Virus record (IMG/VR): IMGVR_UViG_3300045988_039819
Coordinates: 1-42,587 of that record
Reading direction: 5' to 3' (one strand)
DNA length: 42,587 nucleotides
Source of the DNA: a virus
The notes under the pieces were generated by a model. It did no database searches, had not been told where the DNA came from, and was given only the letters and a program-made list of their open reading frames with translations. This document shows, one piece after another, positions 1 through 8,187 of this stretch. Made by a program: the position numbers and the translations under genes. The number at the start of each line of letters is the position of its first letter. Positions within the stretch are counted from its first letter, which is position 1.

Positions 1-119
1 GCTTTTTTTAATCCGTCGTAAAGACTTTTATTGTCAATTTTTGCTTCAACAACAAAAGATCCATCGGCCATCGTGTCACCTCAAATCCACTCTTGCAGCT
101 GTGTATTTTCCGCCTCGGA
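1..119. repeat. Terminal direct repeat, copy 1 (circular-assembly overlap or terminal redundancy)
   Basis: Bases 1-119 (gcttttttta...cgcctcgga) recur exactly at 42469-42587. The repeat contains the tape-measure start codon (42539, equivalent to position 71) and the 3' end of the Gp15-like gene. Confidence 0.9.
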
Positions 120-626
120 ATATTTCTCCTTGATATCCACAAGGCGCTTGTTTTCTCGGTAAAATTCCTGGTCCGCTTTCTCCAGCCTCTTGCCCTTCGC
201 CAGCAAAGAGCGGATACGGACAATCTGAGCGAAGAAGCAGTCTCCGATTTCGTAGTAGGCGGAGATGAAGGTCCACCAGTGGAGATAGGGCACGGACCGG
301 ATCTCCTGCCCCACCACCCGATTGATGGGAGCGGCGATGTACTGAAAATCTTGCTCCCAATCCATCAGCTTAGGGCGCTTGCGGTTGTCTCCCTCGTCCC
401 CGCAGTTGATGAACCAGAGCATCTTCTCCGCCGCTTCCCGCAGCTGTTCCCCGGGGATCGTCAGAAAATCCGGGTAAAAGATGTCCAGCGCCGCCAGCGC
501 CTTCCGTTCATTGTCCAGGTCCGGGTCGCCGAAGACCTCGAAGATATCCAGGATTGCCCGGTAATCGGAGCGAACGGGATAGACGCTCCCTCCGATCTCA
601 ACCTCTGTCGGCAAGGAGTAATTCAT
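81..626 (-). CDS. Tail assembly protein, phage Gp15-like
   Basis: 181 aa, located immediately upstream of the tape measure gene across the wrap point. The sequence style (SDYRAILDIFEVF...DPDL...ALDIFY) matches my memory of the Listeria A118 Gp15 family. Its ATG overlaps the upstream stop as ATGA. Confidence 0.65.
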   Translation of the reverse strand: MNYSLPTEVEIGGSVYPVRSDYRAILDIFEVFGDPDLDNERKALAALDIFYPDFLTIPGEQLREAAEKMLWFINCGDEGDNRKRPKLMDWEQDFQYIAAPINRVVGQEIRSVPYLHWWTFISAYYEIGDCFFAQIVRIRSLLAKGKRLEKADQEFYRENKRLVDIKEKYSEAENTQLQEWI

Positions 627-1042
627 CTATGGTACTTCTGGACGTGCTTCTGGATGCGCTTGTCGGAGAGCGCCGCCTCCCGCTTCACGGAATCGTCAAA
701 CAGGTCGATCACGGCCAGAATGAAGTTCTCCCACACGGGAAGGCCGTCCGCCGAGGCGTACAGGCTCATTTCCCCGAAGATCTTTTCGCAGAGGCCATCC
801 CCGAACAGCCCGTCCAACACGCCCCGCATTTCCTGGTCCAGGGCGTGGAGGCGATCAAGCACCGCCTCAATGTCCTCGGACTCCGTTCCGGATTTGGCCC
901 GTTCCTTCTGCTTGCCCTCCAGGTCCTTCAGGGCGAGGTAAACTTTCCGCAACATCTCCGCATCCGCCGGATTGAGCCGGAGAACGTCTTTTACCCCGTT
1001 GACGGTGTAGCTCTGTACGCCGTTGGCAAAATTGAGTTCCAT
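623..1042 (-). CDS. Tail assembly chaperone-like protein
   Basis: The start is taken at MELNFANG (ATG 1042), preceded by GGAAGGAGGAG. The gene sits between the major tail and Gp15-like genes. Confidence 0.5.
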   Translation of the reverse strand: MELNFANGVQSYTVNGVKDVLRLNPADAEMLRKVYLALKDLEGKQKERAKSGTESEDIEAVLDRLHALDQEMRGVLDGLFGDGLCEKIFGEMSLYASADGLPVWENFILAVIDLFDDSVKREAALSDKRIQKHVQKYHR

Positions 1043-1088
1043 GGTCTCCTCCTTCCAGATGGGGCGGGCAGAGCCCGCCCCGCTGTCA

Positions 1089-1610
1089 TTAAGTGTCCGC
1101 CGTGAAGGTCTTCGTGGTCTTATCGAACGTGCCGGTAACACGTTCGCCGCCATAGGAGACCTTGATGCCAGTTACCGCCTTCTCGCCGCCAGGGCCGCCG
1201 ATAGAGGTCATCAGGACGGTACTGTTCGGATACCGCTCCGCAAATGCCTTCCCGCTGCTGTCCTGCAGGAACAGGTACACGACGAGACAGTCCTGGTTCT
1301 GGAGCTCCGCCATATTCTGCTGGACAATGCAGAGATCCAGCACCCGATTCATCACGGCATCACCGGCAAGCAGGTTCGAATCAGAGAACTCCTGCTCCCT
1401 CTTCGGCTTCTTTGCGCTGTTCCACACCGTGCCGAAAATGTCGGTTTTGCTGTCCTCGGAATAGTCTGCGTCGATGGAGCTGTCCTCGACCGTTCTCCCC
1501 ATAGGCGACCACACAGGCTGCTCCGAAGCGGTCGTGTTGAGATAGGTCACGATCTGTTCACGAAGCGGAGATTCGCCGGTGTTGCCGGCGATGGAATACT
1601 TCTCAGCCAT
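1089..1610 (-). CDS. Major tail protein
   Basis: 173 aa, located after the neck genes and before the chaperones. It is beta-rich and has the size and position typical of a siphovirus major tail protein. Confidence 0.65.
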   Translation of the reverse strand: MAEKYSIAGNTGESPLREQIVTYLNTTASEQPVWSPMGRTVEDSSIDADYSEDSKTDIFGTVWNSAKKPKREQEFSDSNLLAGDAVMNRVLDLCIVQQNMAELQNQDCLVVYLFLQDSSGKAFAERYPNSTVLMTSIGGPGGEKAVTGIKVSYGGERVTGTFDKTTKTFTADT

Positions 1611-2060
1611 TTATACATTCACCTCGTAATTCATTTTCATAAGAATTTGATGGTCCTCGTCGCCGTTCTCGTACATGGCGAAGAGGGACGATCTTGTGGT
1701 AGGCTCAATGCGGATTACCCTGCGGCCCTCTCCGATATCCGGCGGCGTTTCGCTTTCCGCCCAGTCACCAAGAGCGTTTAGGAGTTCATCTGCCTTTAGC
1801 CGCTTGTCGTTGCTGTTGCCGGGCTTTACCCGGTAAATCACCTTGAATTGATACTCCGCTTGGTATCCGCCCAGGATGTACCGCTTGACGATGTACGCCG
1901 CCTGGATAGTGGAGAGCGCCATGCACTCCGTTTCGGCGGGAAGAAACTCAAAACGGATTAAATCAACCGGCTTGTCTGGGAAAGTGTTGAGCCAAACCAA
2001 GAGCTTGCGGGATACCTGGTCTTCTTCTGCTGCCGATACCGCCTTTTTAACCTGTTCCAT
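1611..2060 (-). CDS. Neck / tail-terminator-like protein ('minor capsid' family of A118-like phages)
   Basis: 149 aa, abutting the major tail gene with no gap. The call is based on synteny. Confidence 0.5.
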   Translation of the reverse strand: MEQVKKAVSAAEEDQVSRKLLVWLNTFPDKPVDLIRFEFLPAETECMALSTIQAAYIVKRYILGGYQAEYQFKVIYRVKPGNSNDKRLKADELLNALGDWAESETPPDIGEGRRVIRIEPTTRSSLFAMYENGDEDHQILMKMNYEVNV

Positions 2061-2466
2061 ACTTCTTCACCGCCTTTTCTGCTACACGAAGCCATTTATC
2101 GAGATTCTGGGCTTTGGACGCCTCAAACCAGTGGGATTGCGCTTGCGGATGCATAGTCTTTGTGAAAACCAAATTGCGGTCCGTTGCAACCTTCGTCCCG
2201 CCTTTTGGGGCGTATGTGCTTCCGGTGTTGGGGTCCACCATGACTTTTCCGTTGTACAAAAACCTTGCGTATGGGCCGGGATAGATGATGGCATTGCCAA
2301 CCACCCTAGTTCTCTCCGTCAAGGAGCCTGTAAGCGCCGGGACAAATGGGACGGTGTCCTTTTCAACCTGGACAGCCAAGGCGTGTTCCGCTTTGCCACA
2401 CGCTTGCGCCAGCGTTTCCTTGATGGCGTCCATGCCGTCCATGTAGACGGAAAATTTTACGCCCAT
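2047..2466 (-). CDS. Head-tail joining (neck) protein
   Basis: The start is at MGVKFSVYMDG. The ATG at 2466 overlaps the upstream TAA as TAATG. The call is based on synteny. Confidence 0.5.
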   Translation of the reverse strand: MGVKFSVYMDGMDAIKETLAQACGKAEHALAVQVEKDTVPFVPALTGSLTERTRVVGNAIIYPGPYARFLYNGKVMVDPNTGSTYAPKGGTKVATDRNLVFTKTMHPQAQSHWFEASKAQNLDKWLRVAEKAVKKYGTG

Positions 2467-2915
2467 TATTTGCCTCCAACTTCCCAATGCCGCATGTCGT
2501 CGCTGCCGTAGTCCATTTCGTCGACTTTGGTGACGTTGTAGCAATCATCATGGAATCGCACGACATCCAGATTGTCGGAAACAAATTCGCCCTTCACAAA
2601 AATGGTTTCTTGTCCATTTCCATTATAAGAGAGCGTCCACAAGCCGGATTTATCAGCGGCGGCGTTAAACGCCTGCGGCTTGGAATAAATCTTGGCGGCC
2701 CCTGTCTTCCCATCCACCGCTCCCACAGAGAAGGGGATATAGAGGTTTACGGCATCGGCGCCTTCCAGGCCGCTTTTCCGGACGTTTGCGGCCTTTGAGG
2801 CCTGCAGCATCACGCCCCGAAGGATTGTGATATAGGCCCGCTCGGTTTCTTCCAGCGTAGCCAGGTCGGTTTCCTGGACAATGTTGTAGATCGTTACAGT
2901 GTGGGGAGCGTACAT
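2466..2915 (-). CDS. Head closure / head-tail adaptor-like protein
   Basis: The start is at MYAPHTV (ATG 2915), 6 nt after GGAGGAGG. The TTG two codons upstream lacks an RBS. The call is based on synteny. Confidence 0.5.
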   Translation of the reverse strand: MYAPHTVTIYNIVQETDLATLEETERAYITILRGVMLQASKAANVRKSGLEGADAVNLYIPFSVGAVDGKTGAAKIYSKPQAFNAAADKSGLWTLSYNGNGQETIFVKGEFVSDNLDVVRFHDDCYNVTKVDEMDYGSDDMRHWEVGGK

Positions 2916-3331
2916 CCGCAACCTCCTCCCCGATACAGCAGCCCAGTATGGGCAAGGTACTCATTGCACGTTGCCGCTAGTAGCTTTTTTGCCCCGTCCG
3001 TTACGTTGATTGCGGCCAACGCAGATTCACCGCCGGTCGCCAAAGTGCGAGAATATCCACCTACCGTTTCGCTTTTCGCGTTATCTCCGTTCGCTGCTTC
3101 TACCATTTTTGCAGCGGCAAGCGCCTGTGCCGCTTCGATGACAGCATACTTGTCAATGAGTGCGCAGCAGCACATTTTTACAGCGTCCAAATCAGCGTTA
3201 TTTTTCGCCTTGTTGCGAGTGTAATAATCGAGGAAGGAGCTGGCCCGAACGGATAGCCGGGGAAAATCCTCATCTTTTGCGGCAGTCCCACAATAAGTGC
3301 AGGAGTAATACTCATAGTCGGCGTAAATCAT
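2894..3331 (-). CDS. Head-tail connector (gp6-like) protein
   Basis: 145 aa, directly downstream of the major capsid gene. The N-terminal YADYEYY...FPRLSVRASSFLDYYT resembles connector / DNA-packaging proteins. Confidence 0.5.
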   Translation of the reverse strand: MIYADYEYYSCTYCGTAAKDEDFPRLSVRASSFLDYYTRNKAKNNADLDAVKMCCCALIDKYAVIEAAQALAAAKMVEAANGDNAKSETVGGYSRTLATGGESALAAINVTDGAKKLLAATCNEYLAHTGLLYRGGGCGCTLPTL

Positions 3332-3351
3332 ACGGGGCAGCTCCTTTCAGG

Positions 3352-4566
3352 TCAGGAAACGGTCACGGTGGCAGTGCCGGTCTTACTGCTGTCCTGCTTG
3401 GACTTGGCAGTTACGGTGATGCTGGTGGAAGTCTCGTTGGAGGCCACAGTCAGAACGCCATCCTCGGAAATGGAGGACTTAGCGCCATTCTGGCTCCACT
3501 CAACGTTCTCGCTCACGATGCCATCACCGGCCACAACGGCGGAAAACGCCTTCTTGTCGCCCTTTGCCATAGTTGCGGTAGCGGGAGAAACGGTCACAGT
3601 GGACACGGTGCCCGCCTTGCCATAAACGGAGAAGGGGAAGGGGTTGGTAATGTCGGCGTTGTAAGCGTTGATGGGGTTGGCGATCTCCCAGCCCAGACGC
3701 ATGACGGCACGGAGAGCTACCATGTCGTTCTGCATCAGGTTGTAGGTGATGGCCTTGGTGCTGGGATCCTGGATAACGCCCTCGGTGAAAATCTTGAAGG
3801 TCATATCCTGCCGGATAGCGTAGACCAGCTGGCTCCAGTCGCCAACGATCATCTGAGCCTGGGTGGGGTCAAAGGCGCCATTCATGGGGAAATACATGTC
3901 CATGCCATCAAGGCCGTAGCGGGTGGCGCCCTGCATATCGGACTTAAAGATGGGCTGGCCGGTGGTATCCTTTAGGCCACGCAGCTTGCCACGCATCTGG
4001 ATGGCGGACATGACGCCGTTGGGATTGAAGCCGTCCAGCTCAACCTTGGCGATCAGGCCGTTTTCGCCCATAATGTCGTCAAACACGCTGGTGCCGACGG
4101 GAACGCCGTTACCGGCAGCGATGGCAGCGGGCACAACGCCGGTGCGCCAAGTGCTGGGCTTGTTGGTGCCGAACAGGATAGCGGCGTCGATGACCTTACC
4201 GAAAGCCTCGGTCAAGCGGGGCTTGACCTCTCCCCAGATGTCGTAGTCGGCATCGTCCAGAGCGGCCTCGGGAATGGGCACGATGACGGCGATTTCCTCG
4301 GCGTACAGTTTCTTCTTGTCCCACGCCATCTTCGTGGTCTGCTTGAAAGCCTCGCCAGCGCCGCTGTCGGTAGCCTCGCCGTTCACGAAGTACGCGGAGG
4401 GCAGGGCGTCCAGCACGTTGATGGTCTGGGTCTTGCTGGACATATTCGCCAGTCTACGGCCCATGCGCAGGACGGCAGATTCGGCGATAGCGCCCTGCAT
4501 GATTTCGCGGGTTACGGGTTCCGGGATAAGGCCGGAAAGTGCGTTTCTGTCGATAATATTTGCCAT
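3352..4566 (-). CDS. Major capsid protein (HK97-fold family) with a C-terminal Ig-like (Big_2-type) domain
   Basis: 404 aa, following a scaffold gene. The C-terminal roughly 85 aa (VSPATATMAKGDKKAFSAVV...TVTAKSKQDSSKTGTATVTVS) looks like a bacterial Ig-like decoration domain. Confidence 0.85.
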   Translation of the reverse strand: MANIIDRNALSGLIPEPVTREIMQGAIAESAVLRMGRRLANMSSKTQTINVLDALPSAYFVNGEATDSGAGEAFKQTTKMAWDKKKLYAEEIAVIVPIPEAALDDADYDIWGEVKPRLTEAFGKVIDAAILFGTNKPSTWRTGVVPAAIAAGNGVPVGTSVFDDIMGENGLIAKVELDGFNPNGVMSAIQMRGKLRGLKDTTGQPIFKSDMQGATRYGLDGMDMYFPMNGAFDPTQAQMIVGDWSQLVYAIRQDMTFKIFTEGVIQDPSTKAITYNLMQNDMVALRAVMRLGWEIANPINAYNADITNPFPFSVYGKAGTVSTVTVSPATATMAKGDKKAFSAVVAGDGIVSENVEWSQNGAKSSISEDGVLTVASNETSTSITVTAKSKQDSSKTGTATVTVS

Positions 4567-4584
4567 GTGTTAAATCTTCCTTTC

Positions 4585-5091
4585 TTACTTGAACGCGCCG
4601 CGAATCAGTGAGTTCATCGCAGCATTGACATTGTTCTTTTCGCTGCTGCCGCCAGCGGGGGCAGTCCAATCGAATTTGACCTTCTGCCGGTTTTCTGTGA
4701 GTTTATCCACGGCCTGTTCAAAGGTGGTCTTGTCATCCACCATCTTTTCAGCCTTGAAGGAGATAAACTCCGCTTCCTCGCCGGTCAGCCCCTTGGAAAG
4801 CACATACTTCTCACGCTTGAGCTGCTGAACTTCGGCCTGCGCTGCGGTCAGGGCGGACTTGTTATCCGCAAATTCCTTTTCGCGCTTTTCCTGCCGCTCC
4901 TGCTCGGTCTGCTGGCTGTCTTTCCATGTGCGATACGCGGTCAACTCGTCATCGCTGGGCATACCCTTCATCGCCTTGGCAAGGCGTTTGCCAATCATGG
5001 CGTCCACTTCCTCCTGCGTGAAGGTCTTAGCAGGGGACGGCTCCGGCGAAGGTGCCGGGGTGGGATTCGGATTAGGATTAAGTTCGCTCAT
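4585..5091 (-). CDS. Capsid scaffolding protein
   Basis: The start is at MSELNPNP (ATG 5091), after GGAGG. The protein has a P/N-rich N-terminus followed by a long charged coiled-coil. It lies immediately upstream of the major capsid gene. Confidence 0.7.
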   Translation of the reverse strand: MSELNPNPNPTPAPSPEPSPAKTFTQEEVDAMIGKRLAKAMKGMPSDDELTAYRTWKDSQQTEQERQEKREKEFADNKSALTAAQAEVQQLKREKYVLSKGLTGEEAEFISFKAEKMVDDKTTFEQAVDKLTENRQKVKFDWTAPAGGSSEKNNVNAAMNSLIRGAFK

Positions 5092-5157
5092 TGTAAAATA
5101 CCTCCGTTTATTGTCAGGGCCGTCGCCCTGCGGTTTTACGCCTCTCGGCATGATCGA

Positions 5158-5210
5158 TAAAGCAAAAGAGCCAACCACCGAGAAATCCTCGGTAGCTGGC
5201 TCCTATTGCC
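5158..5210 (-). terminator. Intrinsic terminator between the minor-capsid and scaffold/capsid genes
   Basis: On the minus strand the imperfect hairpin GAGCCAGCTACCGAG-gattt-CTCGGTGGTTGGCTC is followed by TTTTGCTTTAT. Confidence 0.55.
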
Positions 5211-5222
5211 CTTTCCCACGCC

Positions 5223-5357
5223 CTATTGCGCGGAAGTGTATTTGATTGTCTTTTTGACCTCCAAGACGATATACCCTTCGCCTTTTCTACGTATCTCTGC
5301 ATCGTTGCCGCGCTTTAGGATGGCTTGCACGGTTTTGATGGCTTCGTCAAAGTTCAA
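5223..5357 (-). CDS. Small hypothetical protein (44 aa), absent from the ORF track
   Basis: I translated it codon by codon as (M)NFDEAIKTVQAILKRGNDAEIRRKGEGYIVLEVKKTIKYTSAQ*. The TTG start overlaps the minor-capsid TGA as TTGA. AAGGTG lies 6 nt upstream. Confidence 0.45.
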   Translation of the reverse strand: MNFDEAIKTVQAILKRGNDAEIRRKGEGYIVLEVKKTIKYTSAQ

Positions 5358-6526
5358 TATTGCACCTTCGTCCTTTCCCACTGCTCAGGCAGCCCTGCAG
5401 CCTCGCTGAACGCCTTGTATTTCGTGTCCAATCGCCTTAGGCGTGTATTTAATGCCATCGCATCTCCCGTCAATCCTGCGGCCCTATAAGCGGCTTTTTC
5501 GCGCTTTAGCTTGCGGATTGTCCGCTCTACGCGCCGTTGCATCTGCGTTGCCTCGTATGCCGTGTATGTCTTGCCCTCGAAGGTGCATCCGAGGCCATCG
5601 TCGATATGCTCAAGCTGCTCATCGGTGTAAGTGCGTTCTGACACACCCTCAACCCAGACGCTGCGCTTATGGCGGCAGTTTGCGCCCTCAAGCCCATCGA
5701 CCGCGCCAAGCCCGCATACCTCGTAGATATTCTGGTAAATATCCCCGCTACGAACTGAATACACACGGCCTTGCCACGCCTTGTGAGATGACCATGGTGA
5801 CTGCCCCGGCTTATCGCGTGCGCCCGCATGAGCGGAAACCTCGAAATATGGCGTTTCCAGCCATTCGGCGGACTGCTCCGTATACTTTGCGCAAATTTGA
5901 TTTACCGCCGTCATAACTGCGCGGCGGGCGGCTACGTCGATCTGGTCACGGTGTCCGCTCTCATAATCTACGACTTTCAACCCGCTTTGCGCCAACTGAC
6001 GCACCGCCGATTTGATAGCCTGATTGTAGCTGATAGCGCCGCTCTGGATTTGCATTGTGGCATTGTCTAAAGCCCATTGATACGCTTTGGCAGGTGGAAG
6101 CATCGTCCGCCCAGCGTCCACCAGAAACCCCATAGAGCGCGTAAGGTTGCGCATGGTCTGCTTCGTCTGCTCGTATATTGCCCATGTGTCCTCGACGCTC
6201 ACCAGCGTTTCGGGCTGTGTGATATGCGCAAGGTCAATCAATTCGGTGTAATACTTCTGGTTGCGCTCCACAACATCGTCAAGCAGCTCATTCAACTTCG
6301 TTTCACTGATGCCGGAAGTTTTGCGGATCGCTTTCTCAATCTCTTTTAGGTCGATGCCGTGCGACCGCAGCGCCTTGATGTCCTGGACCGTGACCTCGTT
6401 CAGCTCGTCCCGCAGCTTAAGCCGGGAGCATATCTCCGTCAGCAGCGTGTCCTCAAGTCCACGGTACAGTTCTGCCAGTTCTTCCGGCAGCGCATCAAGG
6501 ATTTCCGGCTGAAACGGATATTTCAT
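5354..6526 (-). CDS. Minor capsid / head morphogenesis protein (MuF / SPP1 gp7 / Phage_min_cap2-like)
   Basis: 390 aa in the position expected after the portal. The C-terminal motif is SSHKAWQGRVYSV...GANCRHKRSVWVEGVSE, followed by a coiled-coil tail. Confidence 0.75.
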   Translation of the reverse strand: MKYPFQPEILDALPEELAELYRGLEDTLLTEICSRLKLRDELNEVTVQDIKALRSHGIDLKEIEKAIRKTSGISETKLNELLDDVVERNQKYYTELIDLAHITQPETLVSVEDTWAIYEQTKQTMRNLTRSMGFLVDAGRTMLPPAKAYQWALDNATMQIQSGAISYNQAIKSAVRQLAQSGLKVVDYESGHRDQIDVAARRAVMTAVNQICAKYTEQSAEWLETPYFEVSAHAGARDKPGQSPWSSHKAWQGRVYSVRSGDIYQNIYEVCGLGAVDGLEGANCRHKRSVWVEGVSERTYTDEQLEHIDDGLGCTFEGKTYTAYEATQMQRRVERTIRKLKREKAAYRAAGLTGDAMALNTRLRRLDTKYKAFSEAAGLPEQWERTKVQY

Positions 6527-7142
6527 TTGCTTTCCTCCGTTTCACAATTTCATCGTAATGCGGCTTCACGCGGATCACATTCCAGTCGCATTCCTCCGGT
6601 ACTTTTCCGTAGAATATCACCCATTCCGGTGAAAGACGTTTCATCATTTCTTCGTAACCGCGCAGGAAGAGCCGCTTGCTTTCCTTGTTCTGCTGTGTGC
6701 CTACCGAGCTAACTGCAACTATCCCTCCGACAGGCTCGCCATCAAAGCACCAATCGTAACTATCCTCGTCGCTCCATGAGATTGAGGGATAGACCGTCAT
6801 GCCGTGCATTTGCCAGTATGCCGCCAGCCAGTGCTTGCGATAGTGGTTGTATATCTGCATCGCCAACGGCATATCCGTGTATGTGGAGAAGTCCGGCGCG
6901 CACACCGCCGCAAACTGCGACAGTTGCGGAATGTACTTGTCAGGCGTGTTCCAATATCGAATGAATTGGTAATCGTCCACGAAGAAATGCACAATCTTGC
7001 TTTTCGTGTCTTTCGCGGTGTAATGGTAATTCACGGGGATAAACTCACCTTGTGGGTATGCCTTGACCGGCTCGATCTGCGGAATGTCGTACTTTCCAAC
7101 GCCGGGGAATGTGAACTTGTTGAGATTTTCAAAGTTAATCAT
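6495..7142 (-). CDS. DUF4417-like protein
   Basis: The start is at MINFENL (ATG 7142). The signature KIVHFFVDDYQFIRYWNTP...APDFSTYTDMP...N matches my memory of DUF4417. The function is unknown. Confidence 0.55.
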   Translation of the reverse strand: MINFENLNKFTFPGVGKYDIPQIEPVKAYPQGEFIPVNYHYTAKDTKSKIVHFFVDDYQFIRYWNTPDKYIPQLSQFAAVCAPDFSTYTDMPLAMQIYNHYRKHWLAAYWQMHGMTVYPSISWSDEDSYDWCFDGEPVGGIVAVSSVGTQQNKESKRLFLRGYEEMMKRLSPEWVIFYGKVPEECDWNVIRVKPHYDEIVKRRKANEISVSAGNP

Positions 7143-7151
7143 AAATCCCCC

Positions 7152-7196
7152 AGCAAACAAAAATGCCGCAAGATACATTTCTGTACCTTACGGCAT
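7152..7196 (-). terminator. Intrinsic terminator inside the head module
   Basis: On the minus strand ATGCCGTAAG-14 nt-CTTGCGGCAT forms a 10-bp stem with one mismatch. It is followed by TTTTTGTTTG and lies between ORF 7256..7648 and the DUF4417-like gene. Confidence 0.55.
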
Positions 7197-7255
7197 AGCA
7201 AGCGCCCGGAATCAAACCGGAACTTCCTCAATCAAAGTGTGCTGCCATTACACCA

Positions 7256-7648
7256 CTACTTGCTACGCCGATTATACCATATTTTTTTGACCCGCTCAAC
7301 CATTTTCTTTTCTTCGGTTGTCAGGTTTGCATACTTTTTCGCGCTGTCGTTCTCGCTGTGGATATATCCGTGATGGGTATGTGGGGAAACTTTATCGTGC
7401 GGCCTGTCCAAGTCTATCTGCTTTGTCCTTTTATTTGCCGCATCGTAATATGTAATTGCCTTGATATTGTCGTTTTTGTTTAGCGTCACATAAACGCGCC
7501 CTTTGGTCATTGTTTCCATAGGCGTTTTCTGCGCGCCGTCAACCGCCTTGACAAACTTGATATTGCTTTCCTTGACGAGTGTTTTAAACTCGCTCCCGTA
7601 AGTCTTGCCGCTTACGCTGATACCGCTGCTTGCGCCGCGTCCACCCAT
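7256..7648 (-). CDS. Hypothetical protein starting with MGGRG and carrying the His-cluster PHTHHGYIH
   Basis: The start is at MGGRGASSG. The ATG at 7648 overlaps the upstream TAA as TAATGGGTGG. The protein is 130 aa and beta-rich, and the gene has lower GC than its surroundings. Confidence 0.6.
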   Translation of the reverse strand: MGGRGASSGISVSGKTYGSEFKTLVKESNIKFVKAVDGAQKTPMETMTKGRVYVTLNKNDNIKAITYYDAANKRTKQIDLDRPHDKVSPHTHHGYIHSENDSAKKYANLTTEEKKMVERVKKIWYNRRSK

Positions 7649-8187
7649 TAAACAGGTCTCCATGTACCGCTGCGCTTGTTAGCCCTGCGGTATTTCTTTC
7701 CGTTTACCGTAACTTCTAACGCGCCGGACTTTTGCGCTGTTACAAAGGCATTGGAAAACGCCTTGTTTTCTGCTGCTTTGCGGTTTTTACTGGACTGGTC
7801 ACGCAATTTCCGCATGTAGCTATCCATTTCACCGCGCGCTCTTGCAGCTCTGTCTGCGGCGCTTCCTGTTTTCTGCGCCGTTGTCAGGCGTGCAGGCCCA
7901 CTTGCATAAGGATTGACTGCTCCTGCCGCCGTTTTGAGCGCCGTTGTTGCGAGAGTTGCCATCTGCTTTACGGCGTCTTTCTTTTCAGCGTCCGACAGCG
8001 CAAGCCCATTGATTTCAGCAGCGTTGCGCTCAAATGTGCGCCTGATAATATCGCCCATATCAGTGACAGACGCAGCGTTTGCTCGGTTAATATCCTGCTG
8101 TGACAAAAACCGCGCAAGGCTCATACCGCGCCCACGCCCAAATTCTCCAGCTCCAATGCCGCCACCAGCTCCGCCTCTGCCGCCCAT
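7648..8187 (-). CDS. Hypothetical protein starting with MGGRG (Gly-rich N-terminus, basic helical remainder)
   Basis: The start is at MGGRGGAGGG. The ATG at 8187 overlaps the portal TAA as TAATGGGCGG, with AGGAGG upstream. The protein is 179 aa. Confidence 0.6.
   Translation of the reverse strand: MGGRGGAGGGIGAGEFGRGRGMSLARFLSQQDINRANAASVTDMGDIIRRTFERNAAEINGLALSDAEKKDAVKQMATLATTALKTAAGAVNPYASGPARLTTAQKTGSAADRAARARGEMDSYMRKLRDQSSKNRKAAENKAFSNAFVTAQKSGALEVTVNGKKYRRANKRSGTWRPV

Noticed and set aside
1-119. Interpreting the terminal repeat as genuine direct terminal repeats or cos ends.
   Set aside because: The repeat lies inside the tail operon and cuts through coding sequence. With a PBSX-type large terminase, headful packaging and an assembler overlap are the more economical explanation. 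This remains untested.
623-1153. A programmed -1 frameshift (gpG/gpGT-type) between the two genes upstream of the tape measure.
   Set aside because: The two ORFs are joined by a plain ATGA stop/start overlap. The second has its own ATG and is a full-length Gp15-like protein. I saw no slippery heptamer at the junction.
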